Assembly (NCBI GenBank): GCA_000182565.2
Contig: KQ257454.1
DNA from: Spizellomyces punctatus DAOM BR117
Lineage: Eukaryota
Length of the DNA: 64,000 bases
Reading direction: 5' to 3' (one strand)
The notes beneath the pieces are model-generated. The model was not told the origin of the DNA, did no database searches, and was given only the letters and a program-made list of their open reading frames with translations. Of the stretch, positions 1 to 14,900 are shown piece after piece. Numbering within the stretch: position 1 is the first letter of the stretch; every line of letters starts with the position of its first letter. The position numbers and the translations under genes were made by a program.

Positions 1-1633
1 GCCAAATCTATCGATTCATTTGACACATGCGCCCCCAGGGTATATTGACGAAGTTTACTGGGTAGTTGTTGAGGTCGTAAATGAAGAAAAGGAGGAAATA
101 GAGGCATATCTTGATCTGGAATTCAGAAGCTCTGGAACGGATGGTGCTGATCCAACAAGTCATATCACGCAAAGGTTCGAAGATATTGCTGGCGAAGCAT
201 CATCTCCCGCACAACCTGCCGGAAGCGACAGAAATGCAATATCCGCAATACGTTTAGGCGTTATTCCTTCGCTTTGTCGCGTATCGCAACGCTTCTGGCT
301 TCGCTGCAGGCAAAACGCTGGCGAGCGGGTCATGTACAATACGGTGTACTACCGGACGACTTCGTCCACGGCCACGTTATCGAACACATTTGAAGCCCCT
401 CAGCCATCGACTCATCCAGACCTTTTCTTCCGAAAAAATGAAAGTATCCGATTGAATTTCATTAACGGATTTGAGACAAAGTTCTCAATAAATTCAGAAT
501 ATGGAATGCCATTTGAGACAACAGAGGCGGGACTGCTGTCGCTGCAGGATGCGGATGGCAGTCTGGAACTAGTTGAGAAACACAGCATAGTCGCCGCGGT
601 CAAATGTGTCGGCCCTTGGGACATGGAAGTCGCGGAAGTAAAATTCATTCCAAGAAATGTTGAGGTACATTATACCATGCGCACTTACAGCGCTTGCCCA
701 ATGTAATAATGCGTTGATTTTCCGTAGCAAACACAGGCTCAGCATCCCGGTATTCGCAGCGTGCTAGTCGAAACCGTAAATACGCTGCCCACATCCGCAA
801 ACCCCATTGAAAGTAGGTATTTTCCATTCGGTTGTGGCAATAGGGCTGTGCTGGAACAAAATACTTCTTGGCCTGCAGGCTGGAAATCAGGACACGTATG
901 GAACGGAGCGTATCATGCAATGGTTGCGGTCGACCCAGGCGCCGAAGTTGAGGCGATACCCGTCGGGGACATGGTGGTACGATGGCGAAGGTATGTACAG
1001 TGGGGATTGCGCACGGGCCCGAGGGCCGTCTTTCTCATGTACTCTCTGTGACAACAGACGGCAAACAGGAGATATCGAACCAGCATGGGCTCAGACAGTA
1101 CTTACAATACCGGATGTACCCCTTCAGCATAGAGATATATTGATCTGCGTTGGTAAGTTTTCTCTCTAATGTTCCCTTTCCTATCATAACGTCTCCTGAT
1201 ATTGTTGTTTCGCGCCATATCATCGGCAGACATCCCACCGTTGCTGCACCACACAACCCCATTCACCGTCACATACGAGTTGCACAATACATCGCTTGCA
1301 ATACATCATCTGTCGCTGTCTATGGAAGTCACTGAAGGCTTCGTTTTCAGTGGGTGCAAGCAAACGCACGCGCGAATGCTACCTCTCAGCTCAATGAGAG
1401 TGACATACAACTGTGTGCCAATGGTTTGTGGGAAGGCCGCCCTTCCTCGATTAAAAGTTATGGTGATCCCAGAAGGTGCAGAAGAGAAGGAAGGGTCCCC
1501 ACGGGAGGTGAAGAATGTACATGTTCGGGGCGGGGTGGAAGCCGGGTTGGGACCTGCTGGGGAGCTAATGGTATTTGTGAGGCCGCGGAGCGGTCAGCTA
1601 TTGGAACGACCGTCCGCAGATACGATGCTATGA
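1..1633 (+). CDS. TRAPPC11: TRAPP complex subunit 11 (Gryzun/foie gras family), 3' part, multi-exon, 5' end outside window
   Basis: The last exon PFTVTYELHNTS...EGFVFSGCKQTHARMLPLSSMRVTYNCVPMVCGKAALPRLKV resembles the Gryzun C-terminus. GT-AG introns link ORFs 20-706, 761-1051 and 1202-1633. Confidence 0.7.
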
Positions 1634-2321
1634 GCTTGTCAGTATAGGTAGTGCAAAAATAATATGTTTTGATAATACAGATATCCCATCTTAGAGTACC
1701 GCTGATGGCGGACATTTTTCACCCACAAACCATATTACTGAGGGACAATGGGTGATTACCGTACAACGGATGGATCGGACACTTCCCGCATAGGGAACAT
1801 TAACCAAGGGAATTGTACAGTGATTTCTAGATAGCCTGAGGAATGATGAGCCGAACGCTGGAATTAAAGCGGCTCGGATGTCAAGGACGAATTAGAGGAC
1901 AGCGGTAGTAACACGAATACTGCGCGCCTCTGGTCTTGGGCGACAAGCGGACGGGGAGACAAGTTTATCGGTCAACAAAAGTATATCGAACTTAGGGTCC
2001 ATGGGACACATGTATGGATACCTTGGAAAGCTCCAGTTAGAACAGATGATGATAATAATAGTAACCAAGTAGTAATGTGCCTCTTCTCTAATGGGTGCAA
2101 TCAATCTTATTACTAGTACAATTAATTGTAGAGCTCCTTGTATGAGTCTTGAAATGTGTAGACTTAGAATACCAAGATCTATAGCTGATCTCCATAACAC
2201 TGGTCATATTTTGCATAACATTACCCTTGCTACACATGCTCCATCTCGAAACTTTTAGTTCTAGTTGTATCGCGGGAATCTAGTTCTACTCTATCTATGA
2301 ATCTGAAATCACTCTCATCGT

Positions 2322-3212
2322 TTAAGACATGTCGAGCAGCGAGCCACCGAGCTGTAAAGCAAGTTTCTTGGAGAAATCCGTGTTCCAGTACTTTGCTGCA
2401 ACGTCCTTTGGAATTGGCGGCAGCGAAGCCAGCTGTCCCTTGATCTCGGCTGCGCGTGCAAGAGCGGTGGTGAGGGTGGCCTGGACTGCGGGAGGTTTGT
2501 ATCCAGATGGGAAGCTTTCCGTCGTGAACATCCAAGCAATCTGCGCCATGCTAGTGTCTGAATCAGCCAGGCCGTTGTTGGAGCCGAAGAGGTCAAGGAT
2601 AAAGGCGGCTTCACCCAGAGCAAAGAATTCCGGCATGGATGGATCGACGACGAGTGAGCCGTCGGGGTTGACAGAGAGACGTCCATAGGAGAATTGAGGA
2701 TTGTACATCTCAGATTGGGTCTCACGAAGATGACGGATGTGGGCCATGGCCGTAGAATTCAGTTCAGTAAAGCCCAAATCCCTGACGTATTGGAGAGAGT
2801 TGGCGAAGAGGGTGCGGTTGTAAGAGTAGTTGTCACCTGAGCGGGATGTAGCAAAGTCATTGCGCGAAATGGATGCATCATGCTCCACAACGAATGGGAC
2901 GTGCTTTTTCAGATCCTCCAAGGCGAAGGGTACGGCGATTCCAGTTACGGGGTTGGACTGGATGGCAAAGACGGTTGCAGTGAAGTCTGGCGAAAAGTTG
3001 TAGGCGTCCGACAACGCTTGCTGAAGAATGGGAAGAGTCAGACCCTTGCCGTCTCTGGGTAAGAATCCGTGGTTTGCCAGAATGTTAAGACCGGGACATG
3101 GTCCACGAGAGGCGCCAGGAGGCTTGAGGAAGGGGTGGAGGGCAGCAGGGAGTGCGGTAACAGACGCTGCACTTGCAATGAGATACAGGGCGAAGCTCTT
3201 CAAGGCCAACAT
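2322..3212 (-). CDS. Secreted heme-thiolate peroxidase (unspecific peroxygenase/chloroperoxidase family), single exon
   Basis: Signal peptide, proximal-cysteine motif RGPCPGLNILANHGFLPRDG and EHDASISR motif. Minus-strand TATAAAA near 3297-3303. Confidence 0.92.
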   Translation of the reverse strand: MLALKSFALYLIASAASVTALPAALHPFLKPPGASRGPCPGLNILANHGFLPRDGKGLTLPILQQALSDAYNFSPDFTATVFAIQSNPVTGIAVPFALEDLKKHVPFVVEHDASISRNDFATSRSGDNYSYNRTLFANSLQYVRDLGFTELNSTAMAHIRHLRETQSEMYNPQFSYGRLSVNPDGSLVVDPSMPEFFALGEAAFILDLFGSNNGLADSDTSMAQIAWMFTTESFPSGYKPPAVQATLTTALARAAEIKGQLASLPPIPKDVAAKYWNTDFSKKLALQLGGSLLDMS

Positions 3213-5260
3213 GTTTGCTATTGAATGTGAGTACTTGTGATGACGGTTCTATGAGATCTTGGTACTGGGAGAGAAGGTGGAGATGATGGCCCTCCATTTT
3301 ATAGACATTTCTCCATTACAGGGACTGAAGTTTTTGCACATGCGGTGTGTTGACATGATGTTTGCTGGTTGGTTTTCTTTCTTTGTGTGCCGCATTCAAA
3401 GAGCGAAACAAATACGGCAGTTTATAGTATCTGCGCACTGTCGGCTTTTCGACTCTCCGCCAAACTCCGCTACTTACAGTAATGCCATTCACTGCTGTTT
3501 CTATTTTCAACCAAAAACCCTGGAAGAGGAGTTGTTTGTTCGACGCTCGCACCAGCAGCGTGGCGGTTTTTGTTGTCTGAAACTCCACGTCAATGCACGC
3601 CGTGGCCCACGGGATATAATCCTGAATGGTGAAGAAGGACTTGTTTATTTTTCATCTTTGAAAGAAAACGTTTGTTTGGAGGACGTTTGTGCAGCGTCTG
3701 TGTCGATTCAGCGCGTTGGTTTCATCGCCCAGACGACCCTAATGTGCGACAGCGGCGAGTTCTTTCGATTGTTCCAGCAGGTCAACAGCCGTCAAAGCAA
3801 ATAAAGGATCTTTGTTGACTTCAACCGACGGCGTGCAAGGAAAGAAGAATTGGAATCCACAAACGTTGTAAATCTTGCGTTAGCGCTAACTCAAATCGAG
3901 ATAATAACTTTGTAAACACTGTCTCCCAAGGAGAATTCAACCATGCATTTTCTGTGTCGTGAATGTGTGCTTATTGCATCTGCAGTGGTGATAGCATGAG
4001 TTAAGATTTTGACTAGTGTTCACTGTTGCAACACCTCCAAATTCTTAAACCATCACATCCGTCCAGTCCGAAAATCTATTGTAATCTCACATAAATATTT
4101 CGTTTGTTTTACAGTATGTTTTTCAAGTTTTAAATACAGATTCAATTCACCAGGGGGCAGTGCATGCACACGTCAGCAGCACCCATCAATATCAGTAAAA
4201 CATGGCTTCGAACTCGAAGCGAGGATCATCGGCGTGTTGGACAATCTCCTCAATCTGCCAATGGCCGACGGCGTTCACCTTCCTAGAACGGTTGCAACTT
4301 GTAGTTCTGTTTCTTTGAGACTACGTGAAATCATAAATGTCTGAAGTTTTGTCTGTTGATGGTGCATTGCCCTGGATAGAATTTCTGGAACCTCTAGATT
4401 CCTTAATTCTTGCACCGTAAATAACGTCGAGAGCAGTGGCTTGGGACAACAGAGAAGGGTGTGTTACAAATCACTGACGGACATTCGCCGTTAACTAAAG
4501 AGACTCCTTGGAATGGTGCCGAGTAGGGAGGACCTTTGCCGATTCCTTAATAACTATGTAGAGCAAAACAAGGTATAACCTGACCTTTGATTTCACATGA
4601 CAAGTGATAAAAAGAAAGCACCTTACATAGGTCAATTGTAACATTGGACTGTTAGTGCCTTGTTGGTGTAGGAACGTCAAACTATGGCCTTTTATGGCCT
4701 TTTACAGCTACTGAGGATGCAGGCAGTAACTAACGGCATCTTCGTAAAGCTTTTGCCAGCGCGATCGAGTATGGCTGCACTGCGCTTCCTGGTGTAAGGC
4801 AGCTCTACCAGGGTTGCCAGATGACCAACGCAAAGAGATATTTCCTAGACTACCAGTAACTTGCAGTATATACAATACAGTTACTTTTGTGCAGGATTCC
4901 TCATCTGCCGAAAAAACCAAGCTCCCAGGATCGAGAAGCATTCTGCAGCAATGAAGATCTAACGATGACTGCAGCTTCCAATTGGCTCTTGCTCTCTTTT
5001 CATGTTGACGAAGGTTGCAAAATTCACAACCTCAAGCCTGAGCCCACTGCTTTTTATCCTTCCTACGATTCTAATCCTGCACAAAATACCAACAGACTTG
5101 TCTCATGCATCCGATGTTGTGACCCCCTCCTTCTCCTCTGTTCTTTGATGAAAGATGTGATGATGAATTTAGAAAAATCCGTATCATGGACGGTTGATAA
5201 CCTACTGGAACTGAAGTGAACTTACGCTTACCGAATTATTAGCAAACCCGATTTGAATTG

Positions 5261-5269
5261 ATGACTCAT
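5261..5269 (+). promoter_or_regulatory. Gcn4/AP-1-type bZIP site ATGACTCAT upstream of glutathione synthetase
   Basis: Exact ATGACTCAT about 60 bp before the ATG at 5330. Confidence 0.45.
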
Positions 5270-5329
5270 TGTTCGACTTCCGCAAGATCGTGAACCAACT
5301 CAACATTCAGTTCACCATCTTATCGAGCA

Positions 5330-7479
5330 ATGTCGTCAAGTACACTGCCCGCGTATCCTCCACCGCTCGCGCAGGACCAGCTTGATGAGCTGAAGGACCA
5401 TGCAGTGGACTGGGCTTTGGCTCATGGCTTCGTCGTCCGTCCCCCACCATCGTCAGTAGGAAACCAGACTATTCCCGTCGTCACTCATGCACCTTTTGCC
5501 CTCTTTCCGTCTCCATTTCCGCGGCGGTGCTACGAACAAGCGTTGAAACTACAGCCGCTTTTCAATGCCTTAGTGGAGAGTGTGGCCAATGATGATTTGT
5601 TTCTGCGCGAAACGCTTGAGAGGTGTGAAATACTCCCGAAACTTTTCTAGACCGCCAAGCCCATTTCACTTTCTTACACACTTCTTGCCCTCAACTCATG
5701 CCCATCTCGACAGTCTTTCCAAAGTCGACGATTTTGTTGGCCGGCTCTATGATATTTATAAGCATGTCCAGCAGGAAGGAGTAGCACAGGTACATAACCA
5801 TAACCGCGCGTTGAACGTAATTATCACCTCTCTGATATGGCTGCATGTGAAGCCAATAACCCTTGGACTTCATAGATCCGACTACCTTCTTCATGTTCCC
5901 TTGGATGCACCGCCAAAAACTGAGCCTGTGCTCCAGCAAGTGGAACTGAACACTATTGCCTCCTCGTTCTCGAGCCTGTCTCATTTGGCTGGCGATTTGC
6001 ACAAGTAATGTGTAAATACGTTCCCGCCACTGATGGAGGATTTGATAACTCATCTTCGCACTCACCATCAGCTTCTTGGTGAATCGAACCAACTACTTCA
6101 ATGATTCGTCGTTGCCGTCCCCAGATATTACTCTTTCTGCTCTCCCTCGTAATTCATCAATCAAAGACATTGCCAAGGGCATAGCAAAGGCTTGGAGCCT
6201 TTATGGCTCAGCGAGGTACTGAAGTAACACATCGATTAGGACAAGGTGCTCTCCAACTGATACACATAAATGTCACGTTCATGTGCAGCGCTGTCGTCAT
6301 CATGATTGTGCAACCAGGGGAAAGAAACGCATTCGATCAAAGATGGATTGAATACAATCTCTTCTACGAGTATGTTCGATAGGATGCGGTTTGGATCTGA
6401 AGCTGTTGGGGCAACCGATTGACATTTGGCCTCTACAGGCACAAGATCCGGTTAATACGTTGCACGTTAGCTGAGATTGCGGATCGCGGCACGCTTCAGG
6501 GTGATCAAAGAAAGTTGTTCGTGTAAGTGGAGGTCCTTCGACATCGGCATCCGCATTATACCAACTCGTGGGACAGTGGACAATCGGAAGTTGCAGTTAC
6601 CTACTTTCGTGCCGGTTACGCACCCACTGATTTTCCCTCCCAAAAGGTCGTGTTCCTCCTTATGCATCTTAAGCTAAAGATGTAAACTCAAATGGTGATG
6701 TCAATATAGGAATGGGACGCGCGTCTTTTGATCGAACGGTCTCGCTCTGTAAAATGCCCAAATATTGCGTACCATCTTGTTGGTACAAAGAAGGTACAGC
6801 AGATTTTGGCCAAACCAGGGTTGCTGGAAAGGTGAGATCTTGTGTCATGTCATCTAAGGATAAGCAGCTTATCTTTAGTGAGCTAGGTTTGTGCCTGACG
6901 CAAGGCACGCCAAAATGGTGCGGGATTCTTTCACCGGATTGTATTCGCTGGATGGCTCCCCAGCAGGCGAAGCTGCCGCAAAAATGGCACTGGAAAATCC
7001 AGAAGGATTTGTCATGAAGCCTCAGCGAGAGGGTGGAGGTAGAGTCCAGTGAATATTTCGGTACAGGAATGCAACTATAAGCTGAGCAATTTCTTTTTAG
7101 GTAACAACATTTACGGAGAAGATATTCCGAAAGCTCTGTCCAAAATGAGCGTGTCCGAACGAAATGCGTATATTCTCATGGATTTGATCAGGCCACCTCC
7201 GCTCGAAAACATCATGGTGCGGCAAGGCCAATTGATTAAGGGAGAGGTAGTAAGCGAACTTGGCATATATGGCCTGTGGGTCAGGTGCGTATGGTGGACG
7301 CCTATTGGTCACTCCTGCAAAAGACGCCTGAATGACTTTTGCCTCATTTTAATAGCGACGGTTCTGTTGTGCACATGAATGAGACCGGAGGTCATCTCCT
7401 TCGGACAAAAGCTTCGACGTCACATGAAGGAGGTGTTGCCGCTGGTTTCGCGGTATTAGATAGTCCTTTGCTCATCTAG
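5330..7479 (+). CDS. GSH2: Glutathione synthetase (eukaryotic type), multi-exon
   Basis: Motifs [51 protein letters not shown] and [14 protein letters not shown]. Stop TAG at 7477-7479. Confidence 0.95.
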
Positions 7480-7542
7480 AATAGAGATTCGCCACGAGAT
7501 ATTGTATGAAGACAATGATATTAGGAAACATGCAAAAGTTAG

Positions 7543-8547
7543 CTAGTTGATTTGAGTTGTCTGGCCCTCCTTAGCGGCCTCACTATATCCGGATGTCACG
7601 CTATCTGCTATGCTAGGTAAAGGTATGAAGCCCAATTCCTTTCGTAGCTCGTCCAATGGACGATGCATATGCTCTTCGTAATAAATGTTCAATAGAAATT
7701 GACAACTACTACCGCATTGCACCGCCCATGGGACATAATGAGAAAACAGCACCTCCCGTTCTGTCGATGTCAAACGCAAAGGTCCAACGAACGCACTAAG
7801 CATTGCGACAGGAAAGCCACTCTGCACAAACTCTAGCCATTTTAGTCCAATCTCTGCTTCGATTGTTGTCGGGAGACCGGTGAGGGTGTGCCAAAAGTCA
7901 TGAACCTCACGATACCGCTGCATCACGTACGCTAGCTCGGTATTTCCTATAAATTTGACCTGCATCGTGATCGATGTGAACTTTTATTCATTGAACAAGC
8001 CTAGACTATTGACTTACTGGTACTCTCGTGTCGGGCGACACATGTTCGGTATCCAAAAAACGTACATATTCCCGCCCAAACGTGCCATCCGGCAAACCGC
8101 GCAGCCGATCTAGATCCAGCGTTGTAGTATTGATTACAGGCCTCTCGCGCAATATACGGCGTCCTACGGGATGAACGAGCATCTTATCCCGTGCACGTGC
8201 CAGAAAGTACGGACCAGTTGCTTCTCCAAGATAGGCAACCGTTTCTATTTTGCAGTGAACATAACATGCGGTTGAGACACTTTTATAGGGCACTGCGCCG
8301 AGCAGTGAGATTCAATCGTACCTTGACGTGTCGGGTCGGCCATCGCACCAAATGCCGAGGACACTGCTATCCAAGTCCGTTCCAAGAGTCCTGGATCACG
8401 TCTGTGTTCAGTATTGCTCGAGTTTGCGGGGCCATATGTGCCGTGCGCCCGTCGCGAAGATTGACAGGTGATCGGCAATCGCAAGCTCCAAGGTAGGTGT
8501 CGCGGCGAGCATAATGTTTTATGACAACGGAGCAGCATTTTGGTCAT
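7543..8547 (-). CDS. COQ4: Ubiquinone biosynthesis protein Coq4, multi-exon
   Basis: GRRILRERPVI, GTFGREY, YVMQRYREVHDFWHTLTG (HD..H motif), EIGLKWLE. Confidence 0.95.
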
Positions 8548-8678
8548 CTGCCATGTCTCTCATCCCATCACCGCAACAGCGTGCTTAGCTTCGAAGATCC
8601 ATCTAAGCCACGCGACTCGTAACGCGGTCCATCCCCGACAAGCATTTGAGCGCGCATGCAATAGGAAGTCTGCAGTCA

Positions 8679-10571
<1,893 letters not shown>

Positions 10572-10724
10572 AGCAGTCCCACAGGCCCATTGACCGTCTG
10601 TATTGCGACAGACCTGTCTGTTCAGATCTTAAATTTTGTCGAATAATGCAATATATTATGTGCAATGTGCCGTCAAGTAAGATTCTTTCACCACCCAATG
10701 CCTATTTCTAATTCTCCCACTACT

Positions 10725-11613
10725 CTAGTTTGCGTCCTTCCCTGACCCACCCTGCAAGTTCTCCTCATGTTGCTTCAATGTAGACAATAGGGTTTGTGGT
10801 GATCGCTGCAATAAACCAACCAGAGTTTGGGCAGGTTGACTCAATATTCCCGCCAGTTCTGCCCGCAGCTGACCCAAAGAGGGAAGCTTCACAACTTCCG
10901 ACAAAAGATCCGCCGTCAGCACTCCTCCGTCGAACTTGGCACCGACTACCAACAGTTTAGATTTATACTTCTTCGCAACCTCCGTGAAGTCCTTTGCCAA
11001 GGTTGGTCGGTCTTCGTCCGTTGCATTAGAAAATGCTACACAGCATGGCCCAGCCAGTAGCATTTCCAACTTTCTCAAGTCCCCCTCATTCCCTTCTGCT
11101 GCTTTCAACGACGCCGCGCGATCTCTAATAACAGCCCCAAAAATGTTGTTACGGATGGTTGCTATTACGAAACCTTTCTCCCGAAAGTCGGACTTCAGCG
11201 CACTGTACTCCTGTGCTGTCAAGTTGTTGTTCTGCATCACAAAAACAGCTCGAGACGATAGAACTTCCTGGTACTGCTCGAATAGGAATAGTCGACGCAA
11301 GTCCACAGGATTTCCGCGTCGAGTTCGCTTAGGGTTGGCCAAAACCTGTCTCGCCCGCTCAGGTTGCAGAATTCCACCGACGGTTGCATCTGCAGCAGGG
11401 AAGTGAGTCAGACCAGACTTTTTTCAACGTATCGATTGATCGCTATCGTGAAGCCCCGGCATTCTTCCATACTTACAGCTTCGGACTGTTCCTGCTCGGC
11501 AAGCTGCTCTTGGAATAAGACTGGTATAGGAGCATTCACACAATAAATAAACGCTTGCATGATACATTGCTCGTCACGACCAGACCATATTCTTACAATT
11601 TGAGTTGGAACAT
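10725..11613 (-). CDS. Mitochondrial ribosomal protein uL10m; two short 5' exons inferred (MFQLKFLIPRAACR...)
   Basis: L10-like segments (NNLTAQEYSALKSDF, IRNNIF, LLAGPCCVAF, LPSLGQLRAELAGILSQP) and an Arg-rich presequence after splicing. Confidence 0.75.
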
Positions 11614-11957
11614 TTCGTCGACGACTGAGAGGCAAAACTATCGTCGTTTGCTAAACTTCACTGATACATTTATAAAGAAAGTAGACAGTGGTCAGGAACG
11701 GCATGTCGTGGCGCATGGCTTGCCCAACCACTCTGGGCACGAGCACCCACCTCGAAACTGTCCAAGGTTCGCTTAAGGATTCCTAAAGCCAGGAGGGCAT
11801 GCGGAGGATTTTGTTGATCTCTGTTCCTTCGCACTGGGGTCTTCTGCCAGATTCGCGCCTCCACGTGGTTTCGCGACTATGGCAACTGCAATGGATCTTA
11901 TGCAACGCTTTCAGAGCAGACACGTCTGGCAAACGAAATTGCGGTCATCCGTCAACA

Positions 11958-14900
11958 ATGGCCGACCAGGCGGCGAACCAGGCGATAATGTTGCTCAATG
12001 CAGCAAGGACGTTACAAGACATTGGTCAACGAGTCACAGTTCTACATCAGCTTCATGAAGTCCTGAAACGAGAACCTGCACTACTCGCGACTTTCTTTCC
12101 TATTGCTCTGGGATTGGCTGTGGATCCGTCTGCCGACTTGCGCGTAGGTGTCTTGAGGTTAATCGAGGATACCACCTGTCGTATGACTGTACCGGATGAA
12201 GCTAGAATGCTTGGTAGGTTGAAGCTCCCCAAGTGGCGGGTGTCCAAGATGTATCTGTCCCCCATATTCCCATAGTCTCGAAGCTCTGTTGTTTCTGCCA
12301 AATTATCCAATCTTTAAATTAAGCCTTTTTCTACAGTTGCAGCACGTAGTGTAGAGGCTCTCACATTCCTTATGACCGACGAGAATCCCAATGTTATTAA
12401 AAGAATTGTGCGATGTGCCACCAGCATTTATCCATTCATATTTAAATGGATGTGAGTAATTGTCGAGTTTGAAAGGAGCAAGGAAGGAAGTAGAACTTAT
12501 GAATGCATGCTGAACACACATTTGGTACGGAAACAAGGTGCAAGCTACCGGCAGATCAGGCGACATGGCAAGGAATTGCAGGGCTGAAAGTAAAGCTTTT
12601 TGCTCTGTTGGGGCATTCCAATGACGGTGTAAAGGAAGGTGTCGTGCGATTTCTACATAAGCTCATCATGGTGCAGTCTCCGAAAGATGCGTCCGTGGTA
12701 AGTATCCCTCTTCAGTCCGCCCCTGAATCCTCCATTGGCTGAGATTTCGAAAATACCTCATCATATGTCAGGTCGCCATAGGGACCGACAGTGTGTCCAT
12801 CGATCTGTGTCCACCACAACACCCATTTATAAACATTCAGGAACTGAATGCCGAAGCTGTCGGCTTGTTCAATAGAATGCAAAGTTTCATTTCTATACCT
12901 GGCGTGTAAGTCTCCTGTTTCTCGTTAAATGCTGTGTCCATTGTGGGTGGCCTGGCCTATCTGGGCTTACATGATGTCTATTTATGACCGAAAATATCGA
13001 AATTATCATTGGGCCACTTCACAACCTGGTGTTCATTTGTTCTGACACGGGCCCTCTCTCGATTTAGCTCGGCTGGACCCATCACCGCGAACCTTAACTG
13101 TATGCTTGGATTAACAAGAGCTCGGCCGCAGTACCTACAGCCAGTCATCACCACGCTTGTGCAGTGGGTGAACACTCCGTCCACTACGCTCACCTTGGTA
13201 CAGAGAAGAAGTGTCGAACGTACTATTAAGATCGTCCTCATGTCTGCTCTAAGGTCGGCAGAATATATTGCTCGTTAGAAGTCTGGTTAGCAGATATCTT
13301 TGCTCACATTATCCTTTTAGATCACCTGCCGCCGCTCCGTATGCCAATATCTTGACAGATGCCCTGGTGAAACTTGGCACGAAAAGTCACGAAATTCAGC
13401 AAGCAAGACGACGTGAACTAAAGCGATCAGCTCCACCATCAACGCCAGAGGTGTTGTTCGACCCAAAACGACAGCGCACCAGCGGTGTACCGCAGCCAAG
13501 CACGCAACTTGATGCCACCTGGAATACCACAAATGAAGCATTCCCGCAAGATGAAGCTCTGCAATTGGCCACGCAGATGTTGAATACCATAAACGCCAAT
13601 TCATTGTCGCCAAACATCATTGCTGAGCTTGTGGTCCAAACACTTGCTTCCTGTACGACGCCTCGATGGGAACAGGGTGTTATGGTACGTGCCCGTGAGA
13701 TCAGTTTGACTTACTCTTCCTGCTCACCTTACCGAATGTTTATTTTACAGAGATTTAAGCAAGTCAGCGGATTGGTGTCTCAAGCTTCCGTACAACCTCC
13801 GGTAGCTGCCCCAAGCCGAGATCCACGGAGAGATCCCCGAATGATGGATTCTCAGCAATGTTTGGAATCGACACCCTCAACGTTATCCGAAAATGAAAAC
13901 GGAGCAAGTACCGAGACCTCACTTGCAAAGGACGAAGAGCTGCCGTTGAAGTCGGATTTTCCCGGAGACTCTTCTCTGTCAGGAAGAGGGGAGGACGAAA
14001 ACCTTGCAAAGTTACGCGCAGGGTCACCTAGCCAAATGAATGTCTTGCCTAGTGACCAGTCCGAGGATCACGATCACTTGTCAGATTTAGCAGCTTTCGA
14101 AAGCTCTGCTCGGGCAATAGTCCTTGATTTATCAAATGCTGAGCTACCTGAACTCAGCGCGGATGAACGGAGACGACTGGCAAATGACGCAGTGAAGCGC
14201 ATCTTAAGTCTTGAACCGACGTTTTCATCGCAAGTTGCGATATCAACAGTCTCTGGCGCGCCCGGTGCACAGTCCTCAGGACAGTCGTCAGCCGGGCCTT
14301 TTAGTCTATCTGCTGCCAAGACTGGATGGATGCTGGTACTTTGTCGATTAACAACGGCGCTCTCTGATGGACACCCAGTGGCTAATGAGTCTGAGGAAAC
14401 CAATACTGCGAGCGGACGGGTATCGGATGAGATGAAGGGTATTATCATGGAAAGCTTGCTGGAAGACTTCCGGGGAAGGTCCGTATGTTCTGTTGATTCG
14501 ATGCTATGAGTTGTCCTACAATTTGCTTTTGTTCCAGGCTTGAGCTCGCCGTAATATGGCTTCATCACCTCTGGTTAGAAGATGAACATCGAACACGGGC
14601 ACAGAACGCAGAACCCTTGGATGCTTCATCGAAACAGTATCCGATCTGGTTTCATCGAATCCTTGACAAAATCAGCACCACACTTGACCCGAAGGACAAA
14701 ACTTTTGCCAAGTTTCTGATTGATGTTCCGGAAGTGACTGAAGAGGCCATCCACCGTGTGGTGAAAGGATATTGTGATGATCACGAAAGGTATGAAGGAC
14801 ATTGTTTTTGACGAGACGATACCGATTTTGATGTCACCCAATAGGATGCCATTGGGTCTTTTCACACTTCAAGGTCTAATAAATCACCGCCCGGCTGTAA

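Noticed and set aside
1715-1880. Hairpins and an ATGATGA box suggesting a snoRNA
   Set aside because: No correctly placed H/ACA boxes or downstream box D.
3259-3804. 181-aa plus-strand ORF
   Set aside because: Non-ATG start, no recognisable motif, overlaps the peroxygenase promoter.
4440-5220. Stop-interrupted ORF fragments that might be a decayed gene or transposon
   Set aside because: No recognisable transposase or enzyme motif.
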